A DNA stretch of 64,000 nt from assembly GCA_047967505.1 (NCBI GenBank), contig CM106538.1; one strand, given 5' to 3'. A program made the translations under genes and the position numbers. The notes beneath the pieces are model-generated. The model worked only from the letters and a program-made list of their open reading frames with translations. It was not told the origin of the DNA and did not search any database. Positions 1 through 11,686 of this stretch are shown in pieces. The stretch comes from Dipteris shenzhenensis (Eukaryota). Within the stretch, counting starts at the first letter, position 1. Each line of letters begins with the position of its first letter.

Positions 1-485
1 CAAGCTCCCCTTGCTTTGTGTGCCAGCCTCCTCCCACTCCCCCCTACGCATGGGGCTGTGGGCTGGCCTATGTGGCCCACCAGTTTCCTGGCCCTATATA
101 AGGGCAGGGTGCTGCCCACTGCAGCCCCTCCCTTCCCTGCAACTCCTGTGCTGCTGCCAGGCCACCTTCAGGACCTTCTTGCAGGTTGTATCCCTGCCCA
201 TGGATCCGCCATGCTGCCGTACTGCTTGTGTGCCTGCCTGTAGACAGCCGCCATGTTTTGCACCTCTGCCAGGCTCTTGTGCTGCCCCGCCACCTGCTGT
301 AGGGCACACATCTGCCCAGAGTCCTTGCCTCCTGGGTTCCATGGCTTTCTCTTCTTTGACGTGAGGTGCTGCCCATGTGGCAGCCCCCTCTCTTTCTTTC
401 TCTTGGGCACATCTTGCCCTAGGTCTCCCTCCCCCACGCTCTCCTCATATTGGGGATTACAGATGGGGAGGTGAGCTTTCCAACA
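1..485 (-). mobile_element. 3' LTR (cut by the window edge) of a minus-strand copia-like element
   Basis: On the minus strand a polypurine tract (GAGAGGGGG, ~486-494) directly precedes TGTTGGAAAGCTC at 485. Bases 1-485 are the reverse complement of the first ~480 bp of the LTR starting at 2587. Confidence 0.85.
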
Positions 486-1039
486 CCCCCTCTCACTGAC
501 ACCGGCCTAATGCCAACACGTCGATGGCACCACCACCTTCAATCACGTTCCCGCCTTCGAACTCGAGCAATCCAGATGCCACGATCTTCCAATTGTCCCC
601 ATAATGAGTGAACAACCTGGAGTCTTCCAAGCACCATGCTCTGAGGGTCTCTTTCAACCCATCCTTCCTTTGGCAAGGTCTGCAACAAATGAATATCTCT
701 AGATAACCTGGACCACGAACTCTCACTGAGCTCTCAAGCACGTACTCTTCTGGCTTCAGTAAACCTTGTCCATCACCTTCTAGCAATGTGTGTCCGGGAT
801 TTGAAGAAGCACCCACACTCCCCCTTTTACCTTCGAAGAAGGCCAATTCCTTCCAATCTCGCATCACCTGAGACAAATGAAGAGCAGAGTCTCTCCACAG
901 CATCCTATAAAGGCTCAAATTTAAATCATCAAGTACATACCAGTTCGTGGTACTGGCTGTATGCTTGCTCTGAAAGCAAATCATGCACCTCATTGAGGCA
1001 CATACCAATAGCCTGTGTAATCTTGTATTGTCCCCTTCT

Positions 1040-2093
1040 TAAGTACAACATCCATCTAAGCATGAAACCCCAAGGCACTCCATGGAATCCACCCTCGTGT
1101 CAGTATCAACAGCCATGCACTTGGAAGATACCAAGCACTCCATGCTGTCCTTCACCTTCACAAAGGCTTCTAACTCCTCGTCGATCCACATGTCAATGTC
1201 AGACATCGTCACTATGGTTCCTAGGTCGGCATATCTAAACTCAGTAACACACGGAGATGTCACTAAGAACAACTCTTCGATTACCACATTTGCTTTGGCT
1301 TTTGTGTCACCCTTTGAATTTGAGTCCGACTCCTTTCTCTTGTTTTTCTAATCCGCCTTCTTTCTACAATCCTTCGCAAAATGGCCTGGCTTATCACAAT
1401 AGAAGCATTTCTTCTTCTGCTTCCTCTTGGAAGTGTCCTCATCATCAAAGTCATCCTTCTTGGCAATCCACCGTTAGGTTTGCCCTTTCCTTTGCCAGCA
1501 TAATCCTTCACCAGCAGTGCCTTGTCGTCTTTGTTGTTGTTGTAGAGCTTCTCCCTAGCTTCTTCATGTAGCAGTAAAGCACCCAACTCCTTAAAAGTCA
1601 AAGGTTTGGTCCTCTGTCCTGCTATCACAGTCGTAACAAAGCTTTTAAAACTCTGAGGTAGCCTCCTCACTACCATCAAGGCCAAATGGCATGAGTCCAC
1701 CTTCTGACCAACTGATGCCAGTTGATCCCTCACCACCTTGACCTTCGTCAAGTGGTCATGTACCGAATCTCCCTCATCCATATCAAGGTTGTCAAGCTGA
1801 TGCTGAAGAAGCAAGATCCAGGATGTGTTGTGTGTCTCATACAAATCCTTCAGAATGACCCATGCCTCTACTGACGTCTCCGCCATTTGGATATGACGAA
1901 GCACAGAGTTCACCATATTCCCTATGATCAATGCTAGGGAATGGGCATCTCTGTATTCCCAAGCTTCGAGCTCCTCTCCATCTATTGGCATGAGTATCTT
2001 CCCCTCCTTGTTCACCATATCCTCCGACTTCGCCTCCACTCCCATTGTCAATTTCCACAGCTTCCGAGCTACTAAATGACTCTGGATCTTCAC
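1040..2093 (-). pseudogene. Ty1/copia-type gag (UBN2-like) with zinc knuckle and degenerate protease motif
   Basis: ORF 1281-2093 has copia gag signatures (W..L...Y; MDEGDSVHDHL; RLPQSFKSFVT; LLHEE). A CX2CX4HX4C knuckle (CFYCDKPGHFAKDC, ~1365-1408) lies in another frame, indicating a frameshift. YADLGTIVTMS (~1200-1235) resembles the copia protease motif DSGAT.HM. Degenerate tRNA-iMet PBS at 2562-2573 (gttttgatatta vs gctctgatacca, only C>T changes). Confidence 0.8.
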
Positions 2094-2586
2094 CTTCCCG
2101 ATCGGGTAATTTGACCCACCTAGTTTTCTAGACTCTCCAAAGTTAGGGATGGTGAAAGGAAGAAATCAAAGGAAGGAGGAAGAGAGAGCACGGGCTGAAG
2201 AGGATGAAGATATCGACATCTCTATTGCTAAACCACACAACAAAGTCGAACAAACTCAACCTTCAGTAGATCAGAACTCTGAACGCACCTGACTGAACCT
2301 GAGTCACCCTCCTTCTCACAATGCCCTATCCTCCAGTCGTGAAAGTCGATTCCCAAGAACCTCTGAATCAGGGTCATCCTTCAGCAAGGTCCCTGCTTTC
2401 ACGCTCCCACACTTGTGAGCCTCCTACTTGGTACTTCTAGGTCCTAACCTTCTTTGAGTTGTAGTGACCAATTGTTATCAAATGACCTTGTCACCGCCAA
2501 CCTTACATGCATGCAGAGTCTTGCCTTCATGTTTTCCTACCTGAGCGTGACCCACCTTCACGTTTTGATATTATAATTGATGTAAC

Positions 2587-3858
2587 TGTTGGAAATGTCA
2601 CCTCCCCATCTGTAAGCCCCATATGAGAAGAGTGTGGGGGAGTGAGACCTATGGCAGGATGTGCCCAAGAGAAAAGAAAGAGAGGGGGCTGCCACATGGG
2701 CAGCACCTCACATCAAAGAAGAGAAAGCCATGGAACCCAGGAGGCAAGGACTGTGGGCAGATGTGTGTGCCCTACAGCAGGTGGCGAGGCAGCACAAGAG
2801 CCTGGCAGAGGTGCAAAACATGGCGGCTGGCTACAGGCAGGGAAACAAGCAGTACGGCAGCATGCGGATCCATGGGCAGGGATACAACCTGCAAGAAGGT
2901 CCTCAAGGTGGCCTGGCAGCAGCACAGGAGCTGCAGGGAAGGGAGGGGCTACAGTGGGCAGCACCCTGCCCTTATATAGGGCCAGGAAATTGGTGGGCCA
3001 CATAGGCCAGCCCACAGCCCGATGCATAGAGGGGAGTGGGAGGGGGCTGGCACACAAAGCAAGGGGGGCTGGGCCCCCACTTCAAGGCAGGGAGCACACA
3101 GACCTAGAGATGTGCCCACAGCCCAATAAAAAGGGTGGGCCTGTGGGGTCAGTTTTATGACTGGTCAGCCATATTAGGGCAGGCCAGTGGGTCACTTCAA
3201 GGGGCCCTTTGGGCCTATAAAAGGAGGCATCCAGCCTCATTCTTCACATCCAGCAGGTCAGCCATCAGAGGAGCAGATAGGAGCAGCTTACCCTCATCCT
3301 TTGGCCTACAACCAGGAGGTAAAGAAGAGCTGGAGGTGCTGCTGCAGACTTAGCTCACAAGGCTGGACCCTAGGCTGCCTACCAGGGTAGCAGGGTGCTG
3401 AGATCGAGACAGAGAGTCTACCTACGCTCGAGGTGGAGCACGCGGGTTCGAGTCTAGAGATATCCGGCAGATAGGAGGACCTTGTGGTAAAATCAGACGA
3501 CCACACCATTGGTGGGACTCTGGATCTATCTCTTTTGCATTGTGTCCATAGCTTTGGACGGAAATATATTATTTTGGTGGTTTCTCTATCTGGTTGGTTC
3601 ATTGTCTATTGATGAGTGTGCACATCTTTTTGATGCACATTAAGTTAAGAAGTTTGTGATTCCACACTCCCACACACACACAGTGTGAGCTCTTGGGCTA
3701 TTCTATCACTCTTCCGCTGTGCGAGTCTGCACATCTTTTTGATGCACATTAAGTTAAGAAGTTTGTGATTCCACACTCCCACACACACACAGTGTGAGCT
3801 CTTGGGCTATTCTATCAGTCTTCTGCTGTGCGTACCCTCTGTTGGTCGATTTCTAACA
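2587..3858 (+). mobile_element. Solo LTR (1272 bp), same family as the LTR at 1-485, opposite orientation
   Basis: Termini TGTTGGAAAT...ATTTCTAACA (9/10 inverted match). Flanks gtaac / gtaaa form a 4/5 TSD. No internal retroelement domain follows it. Confidence 0.85.
3619..3832 (+). repeat. Tandem duplication (109-bp period, 2 copies) inside the solo LTR
   Basis: cacatctttttgatgcacattaagttaagaag...ctgtgcg starts at 3621 and again at 3730, near-identical. Confidence 0.9.
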
Positions 3859-6800
3859 GTAAACTAGGTCCAACTTCTCTTGAAGATTCTTTAATTGAGC
3901 ATGAAGAGATACTATCTGGTTTTGTAGCTCAGACTCAGTTTGCAGAACATGCTCAAGCCGGGCCATGTTCTCCTCACGCAGCTACGTGAAAGGGCATAGT
4001 CCATAGGTGGCACTTGCCATCACATGTCACATGCACAGAGTTCAAGGAAGCTCTAGAAGATTCTAGGCCATCAAGAGACGAGGGGATCTCTTCACATGCG
4101 TAAAAAGCCAAGGGCGTCTGGGGTCATGAAGCAATGGCTATGAGGTTAATCTACACGGCCTTTGAATAGATTAAAGATTGTCTTTACACTTGATTGCCCA
4201 AATAGGCATATAATAGACATGTTGGTGTTGAAGTTGAATTCAAAGAAAATTCCAAATCAAGACACATGTCACACACTATGCACAAACATTGGGAAATGGA
4301 TACGAGCAGCATGGAACACAAGGAAAGACTCATTCACTTCAGCTAAACTAAAAGAGTTCCTTGCGATGCACAGAGGAATAGAACAAAGGCTAGGAGAGAG
4401 CGGTTAGGGAAGATGGGAGGATAGGAACAAAAGGGTTGGGAGGGGGGGACGAGGGCAGCGGGCGGGGGGAGTAATTTGAATGTATGTATGAGAACCCTAA
4501 GGGGGATCCTATCAAATGTCAACCAAGAGTGATCTGAGCTCTGTGCAAGCCCAACTGAGGTCCCATTGCAAAGCTTGGTGTTTTTTGGAACATGTTAATG
4601 ATCTACTATTGTCGTCCCTTGCTACCCTTCATAGGATAAACCCGCAAGTGTCATGAGGTAGCCTGGTGATATAGCGTGACAATAAGGGTGCCTCGCATGT
4701 ACCTAACCTCCTACAAATCTATTGCCTATAGAGGGCGGGCCCAAGATTTGGGCTGCTCTCTCATGTAGGCTATGATCGCTTGCTAGGGTGGTTGCTATGA
4801 CTTATTTTGGGCTTCATGAGTCTATATATATCTTTGAGAGGAACATATTGCGAGTCCAAGTAATCAATGACCAACTCATGTCTAAGACAATACATACGGA
4901 ATAAGCTGTAATATCAACCTCAGATCTCATAGTACCTAAGGCAACTCATAAGTACATGGTCCTTTGTCTCCACCTCATACATTTTGCATAAAGTGCATAG
5001 CCCCAAGTCTCGGCGATATCATGTGGACTCAACTCTCGCCCTGCGTCAACCTGACATTGGGATGATGGTGCCCAAAGCTGGCCAATGGCAATCAATTTTG
5101 CATGTGAGGTGGATCTGTAGGTGCCCCAGTGCTTAAGGTGCAGCCATCCTCAGTCAGGTGGAGAAAATGCTCTCAGAATGCCATTTCAGTGGCCTGTGGT
5201 TGTGACAGTGATAACCTATATCTGCAGAATATACACCTGCCATAGATTGTCTCTGAAGACCCGCTCAACCTCTTGTTGTATAAACGGGGGGGGGCAGGGG
5301 GAGGGGGGGGGGGGGGGGGGGGGAGAGAGAGACTGTAATACATGTTGTATGCTTCCAGCAAGAATCTGCAGTCACCCACGAAGCTGAAGCAGTCAACATG
5401 AGACTGAACAGAGGCAATGCTTATCTTAAGGCTGAACACGGCTTGAAAGGCAATAGTGAGTTTCCAGGGTAGGTAGAGAACAGAAATCAGAACAAGGACA
5501 GAGAAAACAGAACTCTGAGCATTTGAGGAGCAGCTAGCCTTGAATTCCTTTCAGAGTACTCCTTATACAGCACTGGTCAAGACAGGAAGGGAAAGCTGAG
5601 GCGAGACTTTGCAGTAGAATATACAGCTTCAAAAATGAAAAAATAGAACTCTAATCATTGTTAGATGTCCTCTAAGGTCTTGTGGTGATTTTGAAGGCTC
5701 ACTCCTAGATCACTCACTTATCTTCAAAGAGCATCGTGAACTGTGTTAAAAGAACCTGCAATCTCCTAGGAAATCAAATAAGTGAGACCAAACATTCGGC
5801 TAAAATTCACAGGCTCGCCCAGCTGCAAAGGCTCCAAGATAGGTGGAAGAAAAACAAGGAAAAAACAAGAACGAGGGGGTAGAAAGTAGGCCTTCGAGAA
5901 TGACACAAAACTAAGAACCTCAAATATCCCCTTGGGATACTTTTGATGATTCTGAAGGCTGGCTGGTTAGCACTTTGAGGAAAAGCTTTGTTGAGTTGCT
6001 CATCCGCTGAGAGCCTGACAAACTTACGAACAAGCTGGCAAATTCACCAGTAAACAAGCAAAAGGAGTGTAATTAGGCAGTGAGGCTGAGAACTGCTCAG
6101 GTGAATCCCCCTCCTGAGAGGTGACAGGTGTGAGAGAGAAGGGGAAGAGATCCAGAAGCAAGTGCTGGAGGCCACCTGGAATCATGCAAAAGAGGAGCAA
6201 AATAAACAAAATATTTCTAGATGAACCCAGGAACATGCCCAAAGTCATCCTCTAAATCCAAACCAATAATGCATTTTTTAACTCATGATAGTCGCCCACA
6301 ACTTTACGCCAAAATTTGGGTGTAGACCATAGTATAAACATATGCTGTTGCACATATACACATATCTATACTATCAAACACACAGAGGAGCATCCATTTC
6401 CCACTGAGTTTATGCCAGCATTCCAGAGGTGAGAGGAAGACTCGTCATGACAATCGCTGGCCCTAAAGTGGAAGGCTGATCAAGTAGTCCACATTCCCTA
6501 TATCAAAGCTACAGCCGCATGTGAAGATGAGTATTACATTTTAATCCTCAAGGATATACCAATGCTATCATCAACTGAACAAAGCCCTCCACTTTTAGCT
6601 CCAGAGAACTGCACCAACCCAACAGTAAGGTTATCATGGCTCATCCAATGAAACAAGCCTCTTCGTGTTCCTTGTGTGTCTAGATGTGTCTCCATAAGTA
6701 CCAAAAGTAGAACTATATTTACTATAACCACATCCTCAAAAGTGGAGCCAATATGCCATCAAAATCATCTACAACTCGTAACCCAGTCACCACTGCAGAC

Positions 6801-7104
6801 TCAGTCATGAAAGATAAATGAGCCTAATGCTGGTGATCAGATGACTGCCTGTTTTTGGAGAATCACACTCCGACACTTGAAGATAAGAGAGCACCACCAT
6901 TTATATGTTAGAAATGTGCATGTAGAACAAAAAACTCTGATGTCAAAGGTGTCACTTACAGTGCTCAAACTGATTATATAAGGTGGATGTGGTTGCTGCA
7001 CAAAAAGCCTTGGACCCAGTCTCTTTGATGTATAAGAAGCTCAAGGATTCAATGCCATGCTTTAACCAGGACTCGCCTCAGGGATAGTTTATCCAGGACT
7101 CATA

Positions 7105-7915
7105 TTAGAGATTATCGGATGGCATTCCGCAAAACCTATCATTGGAACTTTGCAGTTCCAAACATGCCAGAGGATATACTGAGGATGCTGAACCTTGTAC
7201 ATAAGAACAAGACCATGTGCCCTGTGTCAATAAGTTTAAAGAGATACTTGACAGACAGATGTTCAGAAGAGGAGATTCTTTGAGACCCAAAAACCTTCCT
7301 GCAGAAGACACCTGATTGCCCACTATGTTCTTGATGGCAATACCATTTACGAACGGAAAAGCATTGGGATTATAATTGCCATCTGGATGTTCCCCTATGT
7401 CCACGCTAATATCAATTGCCTTGCTCACTTTGGCCATTGTCATGCCAGAAATTGTGATGTTGGTCACATAACCACCCCGCCCGGGAGCTGTTTTCACCCT
7501 GATTCCTGTCCCTGTGTCGAATACATGAACATCCTCAATATAGACATCTTTAATGCCTCCTGACATTTCACTACCAATAGATATTCCAGAGAATGGGGTT
7601 GTGCCTGTGATACGTCTGACAATGATGTTTGAGGTCGGGCGGCCAACAGCAATGCCATATTCATCCCAACCACTCTTGAGTGCAATCATGTCATCACCAT
7701 TACTGATGTAACAGTCTTCAATGCATACATTCGAGCTGGAATCTGAAAAATGTGTTTTATAGAAGACGTTTTATTTTCAAGTGAGAGCAGCATGAACATG
7801 CCTAAAACTCATCCTCTAGTGTGCAGTTTCACAAGGTTGAAAACCATAAACTCCATTATGCATATCAGGGACTAGCTACTGTGACATTTTTTATACTCAA
7901 AATATGCACACTTGG

Positions 7916-7976
<61 letters not shown>

Positions 7977-8056
7977 GAGAGAGAGAGAGGGGGGGGGAGA
8001 GAGAGAGTTGTTTACAGACACAGACCTGTGCATTTAATTATCTCCAAGCTTCCAGT

Positions 8057-8096
<40 letters not shown>

Positions 8097-9512
8097 TTGT
8101 TTACAGACACAGACCTGTGCGTTTAATTGTCTCCAAGCTTTCAGTAGTCAAAATAGTGCCTAACATATTTTCAAACCTACAACTGGGAGAGGTTTTTTTT
8201 CCGTTGATACTACTACCTGAGTTTCAATTCACTGCACGAAATGATACCTGGATCAATGCCATCTGTGTTTGGAGCAGTACTTGGAGCCAAAATGGACACC
8301 CCTTTAATAACCACGCTGCTGCAGGAAAAACAGTTCAATACAGATCTCAGCACGGCTAGCTCCTAAAATCTTCCCCCCTTAAATACTACCTTAAGTTGAA
8401 CTGAAGCAGCCTGATATGATGTCGATTACTGCTAAAGCACCTCCTATATGCATGTATAAATGCTCTATATACGGACCCGTAGTTTTCTCCGTTGATATAT
8501 TTCCCCTTTCCACACCAATGCTCAGAGGACAGGAAATTGGAGCATCTCGAACACGTACTTGCAATAAACAGGATGGATAGTCCAGAAAGGAGAATTTCTT
8601 AAAGTAACATTCGAAATGACAATCTTCCCAGAGCTGACAAGTTCCACAAGGTGTCCTCGTGTATAGTCCAATGTGCGATCATACCACATCTTCCACCAGG
8701 TTTCCCCCTGACCATCGATGATACCATTTTCACCTGTCATGGCTGATTTTGTTAGGAAGCCATTCGGCAATGCTCCTCTATCATCAGGTACTGAACGACA
8801 GATTGCATCACGACACCTTAAATTTATTGCAGTAATCCAGTTCACCTGTAATGATGACGTCGACAAGGTCCTGGCCGTGAACGAGACTGATATGTCTTCC
8901 ACCTGGGCGTTCTCGTCCCCGACCGTACGATGGCAGCGGATCTATGACGGGCCAGTCTTTCGGGTTCTGTTTCCGAAGCACTCGTCAATAAGTATCTCAC
9001 GAGAAGGAAATAAAATCAAATATAACACCTTGCGGGTATCAACTCGTCACCTTTCCCTGCCGAATGACATTACTAGAAACGCTCTCCTATATGCATGAAA
9101 CTACAGACAATATCGCCTCTGCAAAATGGAGACAGAGACGCACTTGAGAGCCCAAAATAACAGCTCCTCTTTCCAGATACAAAGTGAAATGACTTGTGAG
9201 GTTGAAGCTGCCCGTGAGCCATCTTCCTGCGGGAATGTTGAGCTGAGCACCTCCCTGCTCGGCAAGATATCCAAGGCGATATATGGCCGCGTGAAATGCG
9301 TGTGTGTTGAGAGTAAGACCGTCGCCAACTGCTCCAAATTCGGTCAGGGATGCAATGTGCATTCTCGTGGGCAAAACGCGGCCATCAAGGCAGTCCTCAG
9401 TGGAGCTGAAGTCGCTAATATGGGAGGTATCAAAGCGATCGAAAGCAAGAGAGAAGTGAACTCCAAGGAGATAATTGTAAAGAACCAGCTGCAAGATCGC
9501 AAACCTGAACAT
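7105..9512 (-). CDS. Glycoside hydrolase family 28 polygalacturonase-like protein, 5 exons, 457 aa
   Basis: Exons 9512-9144, 8966-8846, 8733-8559, 8318-8248, 7742-7105. All introns are GT-AG with consistent phases; total 1374 nt. Motifs: FGAVGDG, GRWLTGSFNLTSHFTLYL, PLPSYGRGRE, IDGQG..WW, NSPFWTIHPVYC, PNTDGIDPDS, GDD, KSGWDEYG, SIGSEMSGG, RVKT..GRGG. Hydrophobic N-terminus MFRFAILQLVLYNYLLGVHFSLA. The start codon choice is inferred. Confidence 0.93.
7918..8146 (+). repeat. Compound microsatellite (CA)n(TA)n(GA)n plus duplicated ~50-bp unit in intron 4 of the GH28 gene
   Basis: ttgtttacagacacagacctgtgc.tttaatt.tctccaagctt.cagta occurs at ~8008 and ~8097, each preceded by a (GA)n tract. Confidence 0.85.
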
Positions 9513-9698
9513 TTTGGGATATTGGCAAGGGCGTAAAGGAGCTGTACTGATGAGAGTAGGGGGCTGATTGACGATTGCTGCAGTTTCTTGCAATTGGAGG
9601 AAGTGGGCGCGAAGGGAGGGAGAAGATCATGCAAGGGTGGTGTTTAAGGAATGGGATGGCATTGAGGTATTCAAAAGGAGCTCACTAGTCTGTACAGA

Positions 9699-9701
<3 letters not shown>

Positions 9702-9740
<39 letters not shown>
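9702..9740 (+). repeat. (GA)n microsatellite upstream of the GH28 start codon
   Basis: Perfect AG dinucleotide run ~190 bp 5' of the minus-strand ATG at 9512. Confidence 0.9.
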
Positions 9741-9742
<2 letters not shown>

Positions 9743-11642
9743 TGATATGCACAGAAGAACTAGAACAAGCACACAATCAGTAGTGGAGGATGATTTGGGA
9801 GAGGGAAAGCGGAAGCACCCAATGCCAAAATCACAGACACTAGAAAAATCTAAACTCATTAAGCTTTTCGAGAATGCAATTGCAAGATGCACACAACCAC
9901 CAAAACTGTAAAATACTCAAAGAGGAGGCAGGGACACAGACAGACAGACAGAGAGATGCAACCATCCAATTGCAAGAACCAAAACTTTTTTGATACTCGA
10001 GGAGGAGGTAAATCTAGCAGAGACAGAGAGAGACACACAGAGGCAGACAGAGAGAAAACTGCAAAGCATCCAACCTCAAGATGCACTCAAGAACCACAAC
10101 TGTAAGATAGATACTCTGAGCAGCAAAAAGAACTCTTCTTTATGCAAGATGTGGAAGAAGAAGTAGCAACCAAAGTTGGTCTTGAAAAGGACCCCTCCTT
10201 TACACGTACAGGCAGCTAGCACTCTCTCTCATTCAAATTTTGTTTGTTTAGCACTCCCTTCCTCTCATCCCTCCACTCTTTCTACCACCCCCCAAGTGTT
10301 CACAGAACACATTTTTCTCAACAAATCACAAAACTTGGGGTTTCAAATTTTGAAGGTCTTTCCCGAGAATTTGTCGATTTTTCAGCTAAAATATAACTAA
10401 ATTGCCTAAAATTTTGCAGATTTTACAAAATTGAGAAAAAAAAATTACGGGTGAAAATGAAAATGTTGCAGGTTCATTGTATATAGTTTGCAGGTTTTCT
10501 CTGAACAGTGCCCCCTCCTCCCCCCCCCCCCACCCCCCCCCAAAAAAAAGTGTCCCACCTTTGCTTCACCTTTGCTTCACCACTCTGCCCATGCTTTTCT
10601 TTGCCCTTCCCGCTTCACAAGGCAATGTCACGCGTACTTGTACTCCCTTGTTTTTTGAACCTTCCTTTCAAAATACCAGAGGTTGCACTTTGTCAACTTG
10701 CTAAACAATGCCCCCACATTCTTCCCATCACATCATTTTGCACCCAACTCACTCCTCTTTAATTGCCCACCAAGGTACCAAAATTCTTCTCCTTTTATCA
10801 TAGCTTGTCATTTTGAACCGAAATTCTTATACAATCCATAAATATGTCCCCCAATGAGCAGACAAGATGAATTTCATTCAAGTGGCCTACAGAGAGAGAA
10901 GAAGAAGAAGAAGAGAGAGAGAGAGAGAGAGAGTGAGAGAGAGAGAGAAGATGAATTTCATTCAAGTGGCCTGCAAAGAGAGAGAGAGAAGAGGAAGACG
11001 AAGAGAGAGAGAGAGCGAGAGAGAGGGGTGGAGGCCAAAGAAGACGGAGTCAATGAATGCATGCATTGAAAACCCCTTACAAGAGCCTATAAACAATTCA
11101 ATGGAGTATAAGTGGAGCAATCACTTCTTTAAAAATACCTATTTTTCCTTTCTTACAGAAATCAAATTCAATACTTGGGGGACCAATAGAAGGATGTGAA
11201 TGGGTGAGGGGTTTTCATAGAATTAAGGATTAGTTGGGGGAGGGGGACACAAAGACAAAACCCTACACTCCTCGTCCTCCCCCCTCCTTCCTCTTCATAG
11301 TCCTCGTGTTCAACCCGCTCCTACTGAACCCCTCCCAGATAAGATAAGACTCAAGAGGAGGCACAATCTATATTACAATGTTCAAGTGGCATCACATTTC
11401 AAAATGCCCTTAAAAACAATTCCATAAAAGACTCATAAGGATAACTATGCCAAATACCAATAAAAGAATACATAAAAGCAAGAAAATGTGGTTTGATTCT
11501 ACTTTTAAAGTCGAAGTGATCCACCACTAAGGGGCAAGCGGGTGAGTTTCAATTGTTAACATCAGAATGACCCCTTCAAGGTATTAATGACACAAAGAAG
11601 ACACACTAACCATTCTAACATCCCAAAAGCTCGGAGAGAGAG

Positions 11643-11686
<44 letters not shown>

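Noticed and set aside
11-474. Several overlapping 70-120 aa ORFs here and their mirror images at 2623-3160
   Set aside because: They lie inside GC-rich LTR sequence, have no recognisable domains, and differ by frameshifts between the two LTR copies.
5116-6328. Possible Ogre/Tat-type LTR (TGTAGGTGCCCCAG...AAAATTTGGGTGTAGAC)
   Set aside because: The ends are suggestive, but there is no clean CA terminus, TSD, PBS or second copy in the window. Left unassigned.
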